Notes: a model not told the origin generated them from the letters alone. DNA of 14,418 nucleotides from Thermoplasmatota archaeon (GCA_029762535.1 JARVGK010000048.1:1-14418); one strand, 5' to 3'. Shown: positions 1 through 8,473, counted from the first letter of the stretch. A program made the numbers and translations.

Positions 1-3000
1 GGCATGTTCCAGCCGGGGACGAAAGCGAAATCCACACGGTACAGCATGCTCCCGTCGGTCTCTGCGATGCAGGAGGGTATGTCCAACCAGCACTTGTTGA
101 GGAATGCTTGTGAGGCTCTGAAGCTGAAGGTTCCGTTAGAGGGATAATAGTATATATCGATCGAACTTCGATCGTTCTGCAATACCAAAGACATGCTTAT
201 CTCCCGAATGGTGGAGATCCCATGAACAGAATATACCTCAACACGCATCATGTACGGACCGCCAACAGCGCTGAGATATGGCAGCCATGAACCGTTTGAA
301 TATACCGTATCTGCATTGATGATCACCATGCTCCGGGCTTTGATCTCGCGAGGATGCAGGGATTTGGACAACCAGAGGAACACAGCACCCTGTGCTGACC
401 CGTCCTCATCCATATCGTATTTCGGAGCTCCGATGACAAGATCATACCTGGAGTCGCCATCGATCAGAGCGGATGATATCGATTCGCCGAATTTGCTATC
501 CTCTCCGGGACCGATGATCTTTGGCATTTCGGTGGAGTTGATGCTGCCTCCGAGCAAGTTTCCTGCTGCCATGATCACGCTTACTGCCCCGGAAATGCGG
601 CCGCTGTCGGTATCATACCAGTAAGGAGAGCCAAGGACCAGGTCCGATCCACCATCGCCATCGATGTCCGAAGCATGAATGGATGCACCAAGGGTCTCGC
701 CGACCTGGGAACCGTATATCGTGAGGTTCGAGCCATCCTTTCTCAATCTGTGAACGGCATTTGGCATCAATTTCGAAAGGTAGGCCCCTTCCAGAACATA
801 TACGATCCCAGCATTGCTGACCCTGCGTAAATACCCGTCCGCACCCGGTGCGGAGACGATCAACTCCTGTCTCATATCACCGTTAAGGTCAGCAGTGTGG
901 ATGACCGAACCGAGTGCATCGTAAGGCCATTCACCGTCTATCCTTACGCAGGGATCGTTCTTTAGATCGATCGTATCAGGAAAAGAGGCACTACCCTGGA
1001 CAATGTAAACAGCACCCTGCTGCGTGATCGAGCCGGGTTTGGATTTGGGCACGCCCATTATAATGTCACCGAACCCGTCCCCGTCAATGTCGGCGATATG
1101 CATTTTCTTCCCCAGATTGTCCCTATCCGCGGCACCGTGGATGATGACATCGGCTCCTGTCCAGTATCTGTTCGATCTTGTAAGTGGGCCGTACCAGATC
1201 CTGACGGTCCCGCCTTTGAACCGGGTCGGGTCAAAACCGCTGTGGGATTCCGGCACTCCTATTGCGATGTCGTCGATGCCGTCGCCGTTGATGTCCCCGA
1301 TCACGAACGATTCACCGAAGCGCACATTCAGGCCACCATACATGAAATTTCTCGGCATTGAGGCCATCTGCTGCCTTGTGCCTCCCCAGTAGATGGATAT
1401 GATACCCTGGTAATCACCACCAGGGTTGTATGTCACGAAATCATTGTAACCGTCATTGTCCAGATCCCCTGAACCCAAGCAGGAACCGAACTGTCCATGG
1501 ATGGCAATGTAACCCGGCGCCGGATACACCAGGTCCGCATCCCTATCATCGAGATAACGTCCTCGCCAGGGTTCTACGGTCCCGAAATAGACATGCACCA
1601 ATCCGCGTCCGCTCCCCCCACCCGTGGGCGAGCTGATGATCAGGTCATCAATACCGTCCCCATCCAGGTCGCTGAACAAGACGCCCGAGCCATGACCCCC
1701 GGCCACGCCATCCGTGTAGAACATGGCCTCGAAAGAGGTGTCGAAGCCGAAAAGGGATATCAGGCCGGATCCGGACCCGTCAGGGGATGTTGCGCCGGGA
1801 GAGGATATCAGTAGTTCGGTGAATCCGTTGCCGTCCATATCTATGACGGAAATGTCCGTGAACGAACGATAATCCTCCCTTCCGTTGATGATGAGGGATG
1901 CGTCGCTTACGTTCGAATGCCTCGGGTAAGAGCCGGAGAAACCGAAACCGAACAGCTCTCCGGCGCCGTCCATGGTGTTCTGGTAGCCATCGGAATGGGG
2001 TGTGGCTATGTAGAACTCGTCGAAACCGTCGTTCTCCCTATCCACCATGATAATTCTGGTCCCGAGCCTGTCGGATGCGTCCTCGCCGAAAAGGGTCCAT
2101 ACGGCATCTGTCCGATCCTTCCGCCCTGAAGGTGGAAGGGATCCTCCGAGGAGGAGATCGACCTGCCCGGCATTCGCCTTCCTGGTCTCCCATGCAGGGG
2201 CTCCGGTCATGCCAACCAAGAGATCCGCGTACCCGTCACCGTTGGCATTCCCCGCGCTCAGGATCGCCTCTTCGAAGCCATCCGGGCCCAGAGATATGGT
2301 CAGGTTGGGTTTGAATATGGGGTTGGGATTCGTGGAGGTAAATGGAGCGGGATCGGGGAACACATACGTGGATCCTTCCGGAACGTATGGATATGATGGT
2401 CCGCCCCTGCTCATGGCGATCCAACCCTCGGAATCCGAGCGGTACGAGAAGATGAGATCGTCATATCCGTCACCGTCCAGATCAGCCAATGCCAATCCGT
2501 TCCCGATGTGCGTCGGTATCTGGCTGACAGCTCTTACTTGCGCCCCATAATAGCGCACCATTGACCCGACATTGCCTATATCGTAAGTACCGATCGGCGA
2601 TCCCGTGCCCTTGATGACCTCGATCTCCCATGAATCGATGATCCCGTTCTCTCCATCCGGCGATTTCTCAAGATCGGCAGTACCTCCGGAACCATGACTG
2701 ACCAGAACGATGTCTTGATGCCCATCAGCGTTCAGGTCACCGACTTGAATGTCCATGGCAAGACGATCTCCGGCGTCCCTGCCGATGATGCGCCCCCAGT
2801 CGGTCATATTCTCTATCCCGTTCCGGGCACCGTAGAATATACGATCCTTCCCGGATATGATATAGACCTCGCCGCAGTCCCTCCTAACATTACCTACTCC
2901 GTCAGCGAACGGAGCACTGATGAGAAGCTCATCTTTGCCGTCGCCGTCAAGATCGAAAATGAACAACTTCTCTCCTAATCTATCATAGCGATCGGAACCC

Positions 3001-3350
3001 TCTATGATGACATCGGCCCCGTCCAATCCATGAACGCTGGTCAGTTCATCCCTGTCCCTGGCAAAGTACAACAGGACCATCCCCGCCTGCCTTCCGTACA
3101 TCGATTGGGGGATTCCAACGGCAATATCTCCGAGCCCGTCCCCGTCCAAGTCCCCGGTCGCTATCGACATACCGAAATGTGCCGTATCGATATCGCTCCA
3201 GATCTTGAACTCCGCGTCTGTGTTCACATCTAGGACCGGATCATTGACAGCGGGTATAAGTGCATTGACATCCTGAACACTATCCGGTATCGTTAGGCAT
3301 GTACCGATCAAAAAGATGAGAATCATGGACGCGAAAATTTTTCTTGACAT
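1..3350 (-). CDS. Large secreted integrin-alpha-like FG-GAP repeat protein (14 repeats, probably a double 7-bladed beta-propeller) followed by a beta-sandwich domain; 3' end outside the window (>1116 aa)
   Basis: Hand translation from the ATG at 3350 shows no stop down to base 1; it is probably absent from the ORF track because no stop lies in the window. The N-terminus MSRKIFASMILIFLIGTCLTIP is a signal peptide or TM helix. Repeats include FGMSIATGDLDGDGLGDIAVGIP..AGMVLLYF, LGEKLFIFDLDGDGKDELLISAP..GEVYII, FGESFVIGDINGDGIDDIAIGVP..GTVRIWYG and FGESISSALIDGDSRYDLVIGAP..GAVFLW. Confidence 0.95.
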   Translation of the reverse strand, partial: MSRKIFASMILIFLIGTCLTIPDSVQDVNALIPAVNDPVLDVNTDAEFKIWSDIDTAHFGMSIATGDLDGDGLGDIAVGIPQSMYGRQAGMVLLYFARDRDELTSVHGLDGADVIIEGSDRYDRLGEKLFIFDLDGDGKDELLISAPFADGVGNVRRDCGEVYIISGKDRIFYGARNGIENMTDWGRIIGRDAGDRLAMDIQVGDLNADGHQDIVLVSHGSGGTADLEKSPDGENGIIDSWEIEVIKGTGSPIGTYDIGNVGSMVRYYGAQVRAVSQIPTHIGNGLALADLDGDGYDDLIFSYRSDSEGWIAMSRGGPSYPYVPEGSTYVFPDPAPFTSTNPNPIFKPNLTISLGPDGFEEAILSAGNANGDGYADLLVGMTGAPAWETRKANAGQVDLLLGGSLPPSGRKDRTDAVWTLFGEDASDRLGTRIIMVDRENDGFDEFYIATPHSDGYQNTMDGAGELFGFGFSGSYPRHSNVSDASLIINGREDYRSFTDISVIDMDGNGFTELLISSPGATSPDGSGSGLISLFGFDTSFEAMFYTDGVAGGHGSGVLFSDLDGDGIDDLIISSPTGGGSGRGLVHVYFGTVEPWRGRYLDDRDADLVYPAPGYIAIHGQFGSCLGSGDLDNDGYNDFVTYNPGGDYQGIISIYWGGTRQQMASMPRNFMYGGLNVRFGESFVIGDINGDGIDDIAIGVPESHSGFDPTRFKGGTVRIWYGPLTRSNRYWTGADVIIHGAADRDNLGKKMHIADIDGDGFGDIIMGVPKSKPGSITQQGAVYIVQGSASFPDTIDLKNDPCVRIDGEWPYDALGSVIHTADLNGDMRQELIVSAPGADGYLRRVSNAGIVYVLEGAYLSKLMPNAVHRLRKDGSNLTIYGSQVGETLGASIHASDIDGDGGSDLVLGSPYWYDTDSGRISGAVSVIMAAGNLLGGSINSTEMPKIIGPGEDSKFGESISSALIDGDSRYDLVIGAPKYDMDEDGSAQGAVFLWLSKSLHPREIKARSMVIINADTVYSNGSWLPYLSAVGGPYMMRVEVYSVHGISTIREISMSLVLQNDRSSIDIYYYPSNGTFSFRASQAFLNKCWLDIPSCIAETDGSMLYRVDFAFVPGWNM
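372..3176 (-). repeat. 14 protein-level FG-GAP/Int_alpha repeats
   Basis: Ca-loop-type motifs in order: GDLDGDG, FDLDGDG, GDLNADG, ADLDGDG, GNANGDG, VDRENDG, IDMDGNG, SDLDGDG, GDLDNDG, GDINGDG, ADIDGDG, ADLNGDM, SDIDGDG, ALIDGDS. Confidence 0.9.
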
Positions 3351-3419
3351 AGTGATACTTCCATGGCATGCTCCCTTCAATCGATGAGCGAATCCGAGAG
3401 GTCATTCCATCGGTCGCGA

Positions 3420-3431
3420 GATATTAATATA
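3420..3431 (-). promoter_or_regulatory. Candidate archaeal TATA box (palindromic core ATATTAATAT) upstream of the 3350 gene
   Basis: AT-only palindrome at 3421-3430, about 70 bp upstream of ATG 3350. The identical 12-mer GATATTAATATA occurs at 4116-4127. Confidence 0.45.
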
Positions 3432-3450
3432 TTCCGGAACACATCGGGAT

Positions 3451-3993
3451 TTATAGATCCTCCAAGTGGTGATCCGTTCTGTCATGAGGGAGATGCAGTA
3501 TCAAATCGTATCTCTGACGGATTAGTCCTTTTCCCCATTTTCTCTCCCTCTGCTCCCTTGTAAGAGTAAAACCGGCCTGCTCGTAGAGTTTGGCAGCTCG
3601 CTCCAGCACACTCTCCGTGAGAAGGAAGATGGATCGGTAACCGTTCGCTCGAGCGAAATGGATCGCTTCATCGAGAAGGTATTTACCCAACCCTGATCCC
3701 CTGATCCTCGGATGCAGTAGATACCATCTCAGTTGGGCTTCTTCCTCACTGTTTCGGACGATGGTAATGCATCCGAGTATCTCTCTGTTTTCCTCCACGA
3801 TCCAGATCTTCTCCCGTTCGTTCTGGCATCTGAAGAAACGGGACTTGTACTCCCCGACATAAGACTCGAAGATATGATCGAAACCATATTCCTGGGAGTA
3901 AACATCTGCATGTAATCGGATCAAAGCCCCAAGATCACCTGCTTTGATATCGTTCCTGATCAATAAAGGCAAGGAGATTAGAGTCATGGACAT
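3451..3993 (-). CDS. GNAT family N-acetyltransferase, a stand-alone form resembling the GNAT half of MarR-GNAT fusion proteins
   Basis: Acetyl-CoA-binding motif A AQLRWYLLHPRIRGSGLGKYLL and motif B AAKLYEQAGF. The N-terminal GDLGALIRLHADVYSQEYGFDHIFESYV and C-terminal WGKGLIRQRYDL are typical of this subfamily. An alternative start ATG is at 3987. Confidence 0.93.
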   Translation of the reverse strand: MSMTLISLPLLIRNDIKAGDLGALIRLHADVYSQEYGFDHIFESYVGEYKSRFFRCQNEREKIWIVEENREILGCITIVRNSEEEAQLRWYLLHPRIRGSGLGKYLLDEAIHFARANGYRSIFLLTESVLERAAKLYEQAGFTLTREQRERKWGKGLIRQRYDLILHLPHDRTDHHLEDL

Positions 3994-4115
3994 CCTGATG
4001 TGACATGGAGGTTGTTAATGTTTGTTCATCCAGAACGTTTTTCTTTCTTCTCTTATTTAATCGGGAGCATGAAACAATAGAGCTGAATCATGCCTCTCGT
4101 TCCAAACAATGAACC

Positions 4116-4127
4116 GATATTAATATA
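4116..4127 (+). promoter_or_regulatory. Candidate TATA box with a purine-rich BRE-like upstream segment (GAACCGA-TATTAATATA) for the 4134/4158 gene
   Basis: It lies about 30 bp upstream of ATG 4158, which fits archaeal TATA-TSS spacing with a very short leader, and is too close to ATG 4134. Confidence 0.55.
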
Positions 4128-4133
4128 CGCCAT

Positions 4134-7100
4134 ATGAATCATGGTCTATCGATCACTATGCGCTTCGGGATCGCATCGCTCGTGACGATCGTTCTATTGA
4201 TAATCCCGTTCGGAATATTTGCCTCCGATACCAGAGATGATCCTATACGGGATATGGAATATATCTCCCTCGGCGGGACAGAGTTGGTGGAGGATGCAGC
4301 ATCGGTTCGGATCATCGGTGAACCGTTCCTTCCTGTCGGTGGAGCTCTTGGCACCTATTCATGGATCGGTGACGTCAACGGCGACGGAATTGCCGACCTT
4401 GCAGTGTCAGCGCCTCAGTCCAGGGGAAGGTCGGATCGTATCGAGGACGGGAGGCTTTATGTATTCTACGGCAGGGATGGTTGGCCGGATCGGATCGTGG
4501 ACCTGGACGAGGTCACGCCTGACATCACGATATATGGCAACAACACCCTCGAGGATAACCCGGGAGGCAACCGCAACAGCCTCTCGATCTCATCGGCCAT
4601 TGCCGTGGGGGATTACGATGGCGACGGATATAACGATCTCGCGGTCTGTGCTCCGACCACGAACCAGACCCCTGTGGTGATAATATTCTACAGTGTGATG
4701 GGTAACTTTCCCGCATGGATATCTGTCAAGATCGATGATTTTCACATGGGTCAGATCGGCAGGAGCGCTATCAACCACACCACGATATTTGCGGACTCTT
4801 CCGAGGGGCCGCTTTTAACGACGGTGGTCCGCAACTTCGGCGGTATCAACAAGCCCACCGATGCTCAGATATCACGGTTCATGAAATCCTTTGACATAGA
4901 CGGCGATGGCATCGATGATCTGGTTGGCGGCGGTCTTTTCGATAAAGTGGAACTGTCATGTAACGTTCGAATACTGTGGGGCGGAAGGAGGCATTACGAT
5001 GCTCGTGGGCTTTATGTCCCCGATATGAGGTTGACAATCATACTTGATGAGAGCCCGTCGAGGTTTGGCAATACGCTTGATGTCGGTGACATCGACGGCG
5101 ACGGATATTACGACATGGTGGTAGGCGCTCCGTTCAGCACCAGAGATGACCGGGGCCTGATCAAGGCAGGTGCCCTCTACATTTATTTCAACATATCGAC
5201 TCTGAAGAACATGTCCACCACGGATCATCTATCGATCCCGCAAAAGATCCTGTACGGGTCCGGCATGAATGACGAACTCGGAAGAGCGGTCCAGCTCATC
5301 GATCTTAACAGAGATGGAAAGGACGATATCATCGTCTCAGCACCCAACGCCGACGGGCCCGGAAACGATCAGCGCGACAGGGGAGAGATATTCGTATTCT
5401 ACGGCCGGGTTCCCAACGCTTTTCCGACTGTCATGGACGCCGAATCCGATTTTGACCGAATGCTGCTCGGCCCTGACGGCAGGATGAACAGGGAAGGGAG
5501 CGGTTTCAGGCTAGGTGAGATGTTCCGGGCAGGCGACATCACGGGCGACGGGCTGCCGGACATGGTCGTTGCCGTCAAGGGAAAGGACCTGCCCTCCATA
5601 GGGACGGACCTGCGCTATACTGCGGGGACGGTCATGTTCTACGAACATTCTACCTTGTTCTCGCCCGGTAAAAACGTTGTTCAGTTAGCCTATCCATCGA
5701 GCCTGTTCACGCTTGAAGGGATGGATATCGAGGATGTTCTGGGTTATCATATCGAGCTTGGGGACCTAAACGGCGACGGAATAGACGATATCGTGATCGG
5801 CGCTCCCAACGGGGACGGTGTTGATAACGAGCGTCCCAGGGCTGGTGAGGTCTATGTGATCTATTCAACACCCATAAGGCTGGGTAGGCTAATCCCTTCC
5901 GGCCCGGGATATGATAACGGGTCCGTCTTCGCCTCTGGAGGGAGGGTCAGGTTCTCAACCGAAATGATCTCCTCCAGGCCGAAGTACATCACGGAAGCTA
6001 TATTCGATATTGGAGAAAATGGGCCCCTCATCGTAAGTGTAAAAGAAAACGGTACCGTCAATGTCTTCGATCCATATTCCTGTGTTGGGGAGGTGAATGG
6101 AGCGATCGAGTTCGATAACGGATCACTTACCGGAATTGCATGGTTCGAGCTTGAGTTCAAGTGGAGCTATCCTTGGAGAAGAGGAAACAATGTGGTGTTA
6201 TCCGTCAAAGACCATGAAAACCGAACAACGGTTCGCACATATAGGAACGTCTTTGTACTGGAGAAGGACCTAGTGTTCGGTGAGGATATATTTATATCTG
6301 TGAACGGAAAACCTCTCCATGCACCTGGTATCTGGGTTAAGGGTGGAGATGAATTGACCCTGGGCGGGATACCGGTCGTATATAGGGACCGGCCAGACCG
6401 TGAGGTCCGCCACGGTGAGATAGAACTGTGGGCCGGCGTAGGTGAAGATGTATTTATCACGCCTTATACTTCCAACTGGTCGATCACGGACGAGGCTTCC
6501 ATATCTCCCCATCAAGACTATTTCTTTGAAATACGACTTGTTGGAGAAGGGCTTCCTATTCCGCTCGCGCCGGAGGTCGAATCCGGCCATCATATTCGCA
6601 TCTTCGTCGATGATCGGGTACCTGAGATACCTTCCGCATCTATGTACCAGGGGGATCAAACGATGCTCCACACCGGCAAGCCCGGGTCATGGACCGTATG
6701 TTCATCGACCGGTTTCGGGCCGTTCTATGACAGCGGAGGGTCTGGAGTAAAGGAGTACTGGTTATCCGATCGTAACGGTTCGACAGAGCCGATACTTATG
6801 CCAGGGGGTTTAATGGGAACGTATTTTCTGGATGTGGATATGACCGAATATGCGTTCCAGGTCGTGGACGAGGGAGTTGATTTCGCCTGGGGGCTTTGGG
6901 GACCTTATCCCGAGAAACATATTCTTCCACCTACCTCTTTCTCCGCAAGATGGCACGGGTGGTTGATGGTCGAGAACGAGGGGCCATACATGTTCCAATT
7001 GACCGGACGCGGCGAGGGCATCATCCTTCTCGATGGAGAGGTGCTCATCCCTAGGGACGACCTCGGTTACTCACCAAAGAGCAAAATGCTTGAACTCGTC

Positions 7101-8468
7101 CCGGGTCGGTTTCACGAGATCGTACTCTATTATTTCCACACCTGTCCATCGGAAGCGTCCTCTTTCCATTTCAGATGGATCGGGCCCGAAGGGTCAATGG
7201 AACCCGTTCCATATTCGGTCATGTATCACCCAGAAAATCGAACTGATGTTTTCATAGCCAACGAAGTGGATAACGGATTGAGCATCGTAGCGGTTGACTG
7301 GGTCGGCCACATATCCGAATCCACGCTATCTTTTGCTCCCATCGATGCTTTTCCACCCATGATCGAAACCACCTCGATCCCAGCTTGGACCAATCGGACC
7401 TCCATATCGTTAAGGGCGAGGATCAGTGAAGTCGCGTGTAGTAACGTCTCGGGTCTGGATAGTGACTCAGTTATGTTTCGTGTCCTTCGCGACAAGGAAC
7501 AATTCGGCACGTGGCAAACCTCCGGTATCAGGTTTGAAGATATATCTTATGAGAACGATATCGTCATGGGGTTCACCGCTTTCTTCAAGTTGAGTCTCGA
7601 TCGCGGCTTCACCGGTACCGTGGAACTTTCGGTTTCAGACCTGGCCGGGAACGTCGCGAGATCTCCCAGGGTGCCGATAGGTGTGGATATGGAACCGCCA
7701 TCAGTGCTGTTGATGGACCCCGATCCCCGAAACGTCATGCACAGTCAGAATCTATCTTTGCGAATACGACTTGTTGACCCAGGTTCGGGGATTGACTTGG
7801 GTTCATTGGCCTATCGCCTCGATCACGGCAATGGCTGGAGCGCATGGTTGAACGCTGGTGATTCCGGGTATGGAAACGATATGATTTTCGCGCATGACAT
7901 TGATTTGATGGAGGAACGTAATGATATCCAGTATCTTGTGTTGGACAATGCGGGCAATATGGGGTTATCCTCCGTTTACGAGTACGTGTTTTCACCGACT
8001 CTCGTGAACATGCCTCCGATCCCTGTCATATCCTCTCCGATGAACGGAACCGTCATTGTTGTGGGTTGGCCTGTGGACCTGTCCGCGGAGGGGACCCGGG
8101 ATGATGGGCTCGGGTTATACGATCCTGTTCGGTTCAGCTGGTCCTCGAACATATCCGGACATCTGGGTTCGGGGCTGAAGTTGAGAATATATCTGATCGA
8201 GGGCGTTCACAGGATCACGCTTCATGCCGATGATGGTTTTTTCAACGTCAGCAGGTCGATAGAGGTTAACGTGGTAAGTCCACGGTCGGATCCACATACT
8301 GATGGCGGTGCTCGAACCGAGGATGCGGACCTGTTAATGGCCCTGATGCTGCTTTTATTCTCATTGTCAATGTTGACCGGTTTTATTGTTATTGCCGGGA
8401 TGGCATACAGAAAGAAGAGGATACGGGAGTTGAAGTTTAAAATCCCAGGCGAAACCAGAGAGGAATAG
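4134..8468 (+). CDS. Type I membrane surface protein: signal peptide, 7 FG-GAP repeats (one propeller), beta-sandwich domains, PA14 domain, Ig-like domains, PKD-like domain, C-terminal TM and short tail; true start probably 4158
   Basis: Seven DxD/NxDG..D..V.AP motifs (GDVNGDGIADLAVSAP to GDLNGDGIDDIVIGAP). PA14 signature GLMGTYF..VDFAWG..SFSARWHGWL..GPYMFQL..LLDG..LVPGRFHEIVLYY..FRW (6804-7232). Ig-like D.SG / D.AGN motifs. PKD-like NMPPIPVISSP..FSWSSNISGHLGSG..GVHRITL. TM LLMALMLLLFSLSMLTGFIVIAGMAY followed by RKKR. Confidence 0.95.
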   Translation: MNHGLSITMRFGIASLVTIVLLIIPFGIFASDTRDDPIRDMEYISLGGTELVEDAASVRIIGEPFLPVGGALGTYSWIGDVNGDGIADLAVSAPQSRGRSDRIEDGRLYVFYGRDGWPDRIVDLDEVTPDITIYGNNTLEDNPGGNRNSLSISSAIAVGDYDGDGYNDLAVCAPTTNQTPVVIIFYSVMGNFPAWISVKIDDFHMGQIGRSAINHTTIFADSSEGPLLTTVVRNFGGINKPTDAQISRFMKSFDIDGDGIDDLVGGGLFDKVELSCNVRILWGGRRHYDARGLYVPDMRLTIILDESPSRFGNTLDVGDIDGDGYYDMVVGAPFSTRDDRGLIKAGALYIYFNISTLKNMSTTDHLSIPQKILYGSGMNDELGRAVQLIDLNRDGKDDIIVSAPNADGPGNDQRDRGEIFVFYGRVPNAFPTVMDAESDFDRMLLGPDGRMNREGSGFRLGEMFRAGDITGDGLPDMVVAVKGKDLPSIGTDLRYTAGTVMFYEHSTLFSPGKNVVQLAYPSSLFTLEGMDIEDVLGYHIELGDLNGDGIDDIVIGAPNGDGVDNERPRAGEVYVIYSTPIRLGRLIPSGPGYDNGSVFASGGRVRFSTEMISSRPKYITEAIFDIGENGPLIVSVKENGTVNVFDPYSCVGEVNGAIEFDNGSLTGIAWFELEFKWSYPWRRGNNVVLSVKDHENRTTVRTYRNVFVLEKDLVFGEDIFISVNGKPLHAPGIWVKGGDELTLGGIPVVYRDRPDREVRHGEIELWAGVGEDVFITPYTSNWSITDEASISPHQDYFFEIRLVGEGLPIPLAPEVESGHHIRIFVDDRVPEIPSASMYQGDQTMLHTGKPGSWTVCSSTGFGPFYDSGGSGVKEYWLSDRNGSTEPILMPGGLMGTYFLDVDMTEYAFQVVDEGVDFAWGLWGPYPEKHILPPTSFSARWHGWLMVENEGPYMFQLTGRGEGIILLDGEVLIPRDDLGYSPKSKMLELVPGRFHEIVLYYFHTCPSEASSFHFRWIGPEGSMEPVPYSVMYHPENRTDVFIANEVDNGLSIVAVDWVGHISESTLSFAPIDAFPPMIETTSIPAWTNRTSISLRARISEVACSNVSGLDSDSVMFRVLRDKEQFGTWQTSGIRFEDISYENDIVMGFTAFFKLSLDRGFTGTVELSVSDLAGNVARSPRVPIGVDMEPPSVLLMDPDPRNVMHSQNLSLRIRLVDPGSGIDLGSLAYRLDHGNGWSAWLNAGDSGYGNDMIFAHDIDLMEERNDIQYLVLDNAGNMGLSSVYEYVFSPTLVNMPPIPVISSPMNGTVIVVGWPVDLSAEGTRDDGLGLYDPVRFSWSSNISGHLGSGLKLRIYLIEGVHRITLHADDGFFNVSRSIEVNVVSPRSDPHTDGGARTEDADLLMALMLLLFSLSMLTGFIVIAGMAYRKKRIRELKFKIPGETREE
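4338..5867 (+). repeat. 7 protein-level FG-GAP repeats (single 7-bladed propeller)
   Basis: GDVNGDG, GDYDGDG, FDIDGDG, GDIDGDG, IDLNRDG, GDITGDG, GDLNGDG; most are followed by AP and a G.(V/L)(Y/F)(V/I)(F/Y) strand. Confidence 0.9.
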
Positions 8469-8473
8469 ATCGG

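Noticed and set aside
250-3233. Numerous short + strand ORFs (and 2236-2424 on -) in the ORF track
   Set aside because: They are antisense or alternate-frame shadows of the 3350->1 FG-GAP gene; PSPS-like motifs are the reverse complement of DGDG codons.
3297-3350. Possible lipobox (LIGTC) in gene 1
   Set aside because: I-G-T-C does not fit [LVI][ASTVI][GAS]C well; an ordinary signal peptide is more likely.
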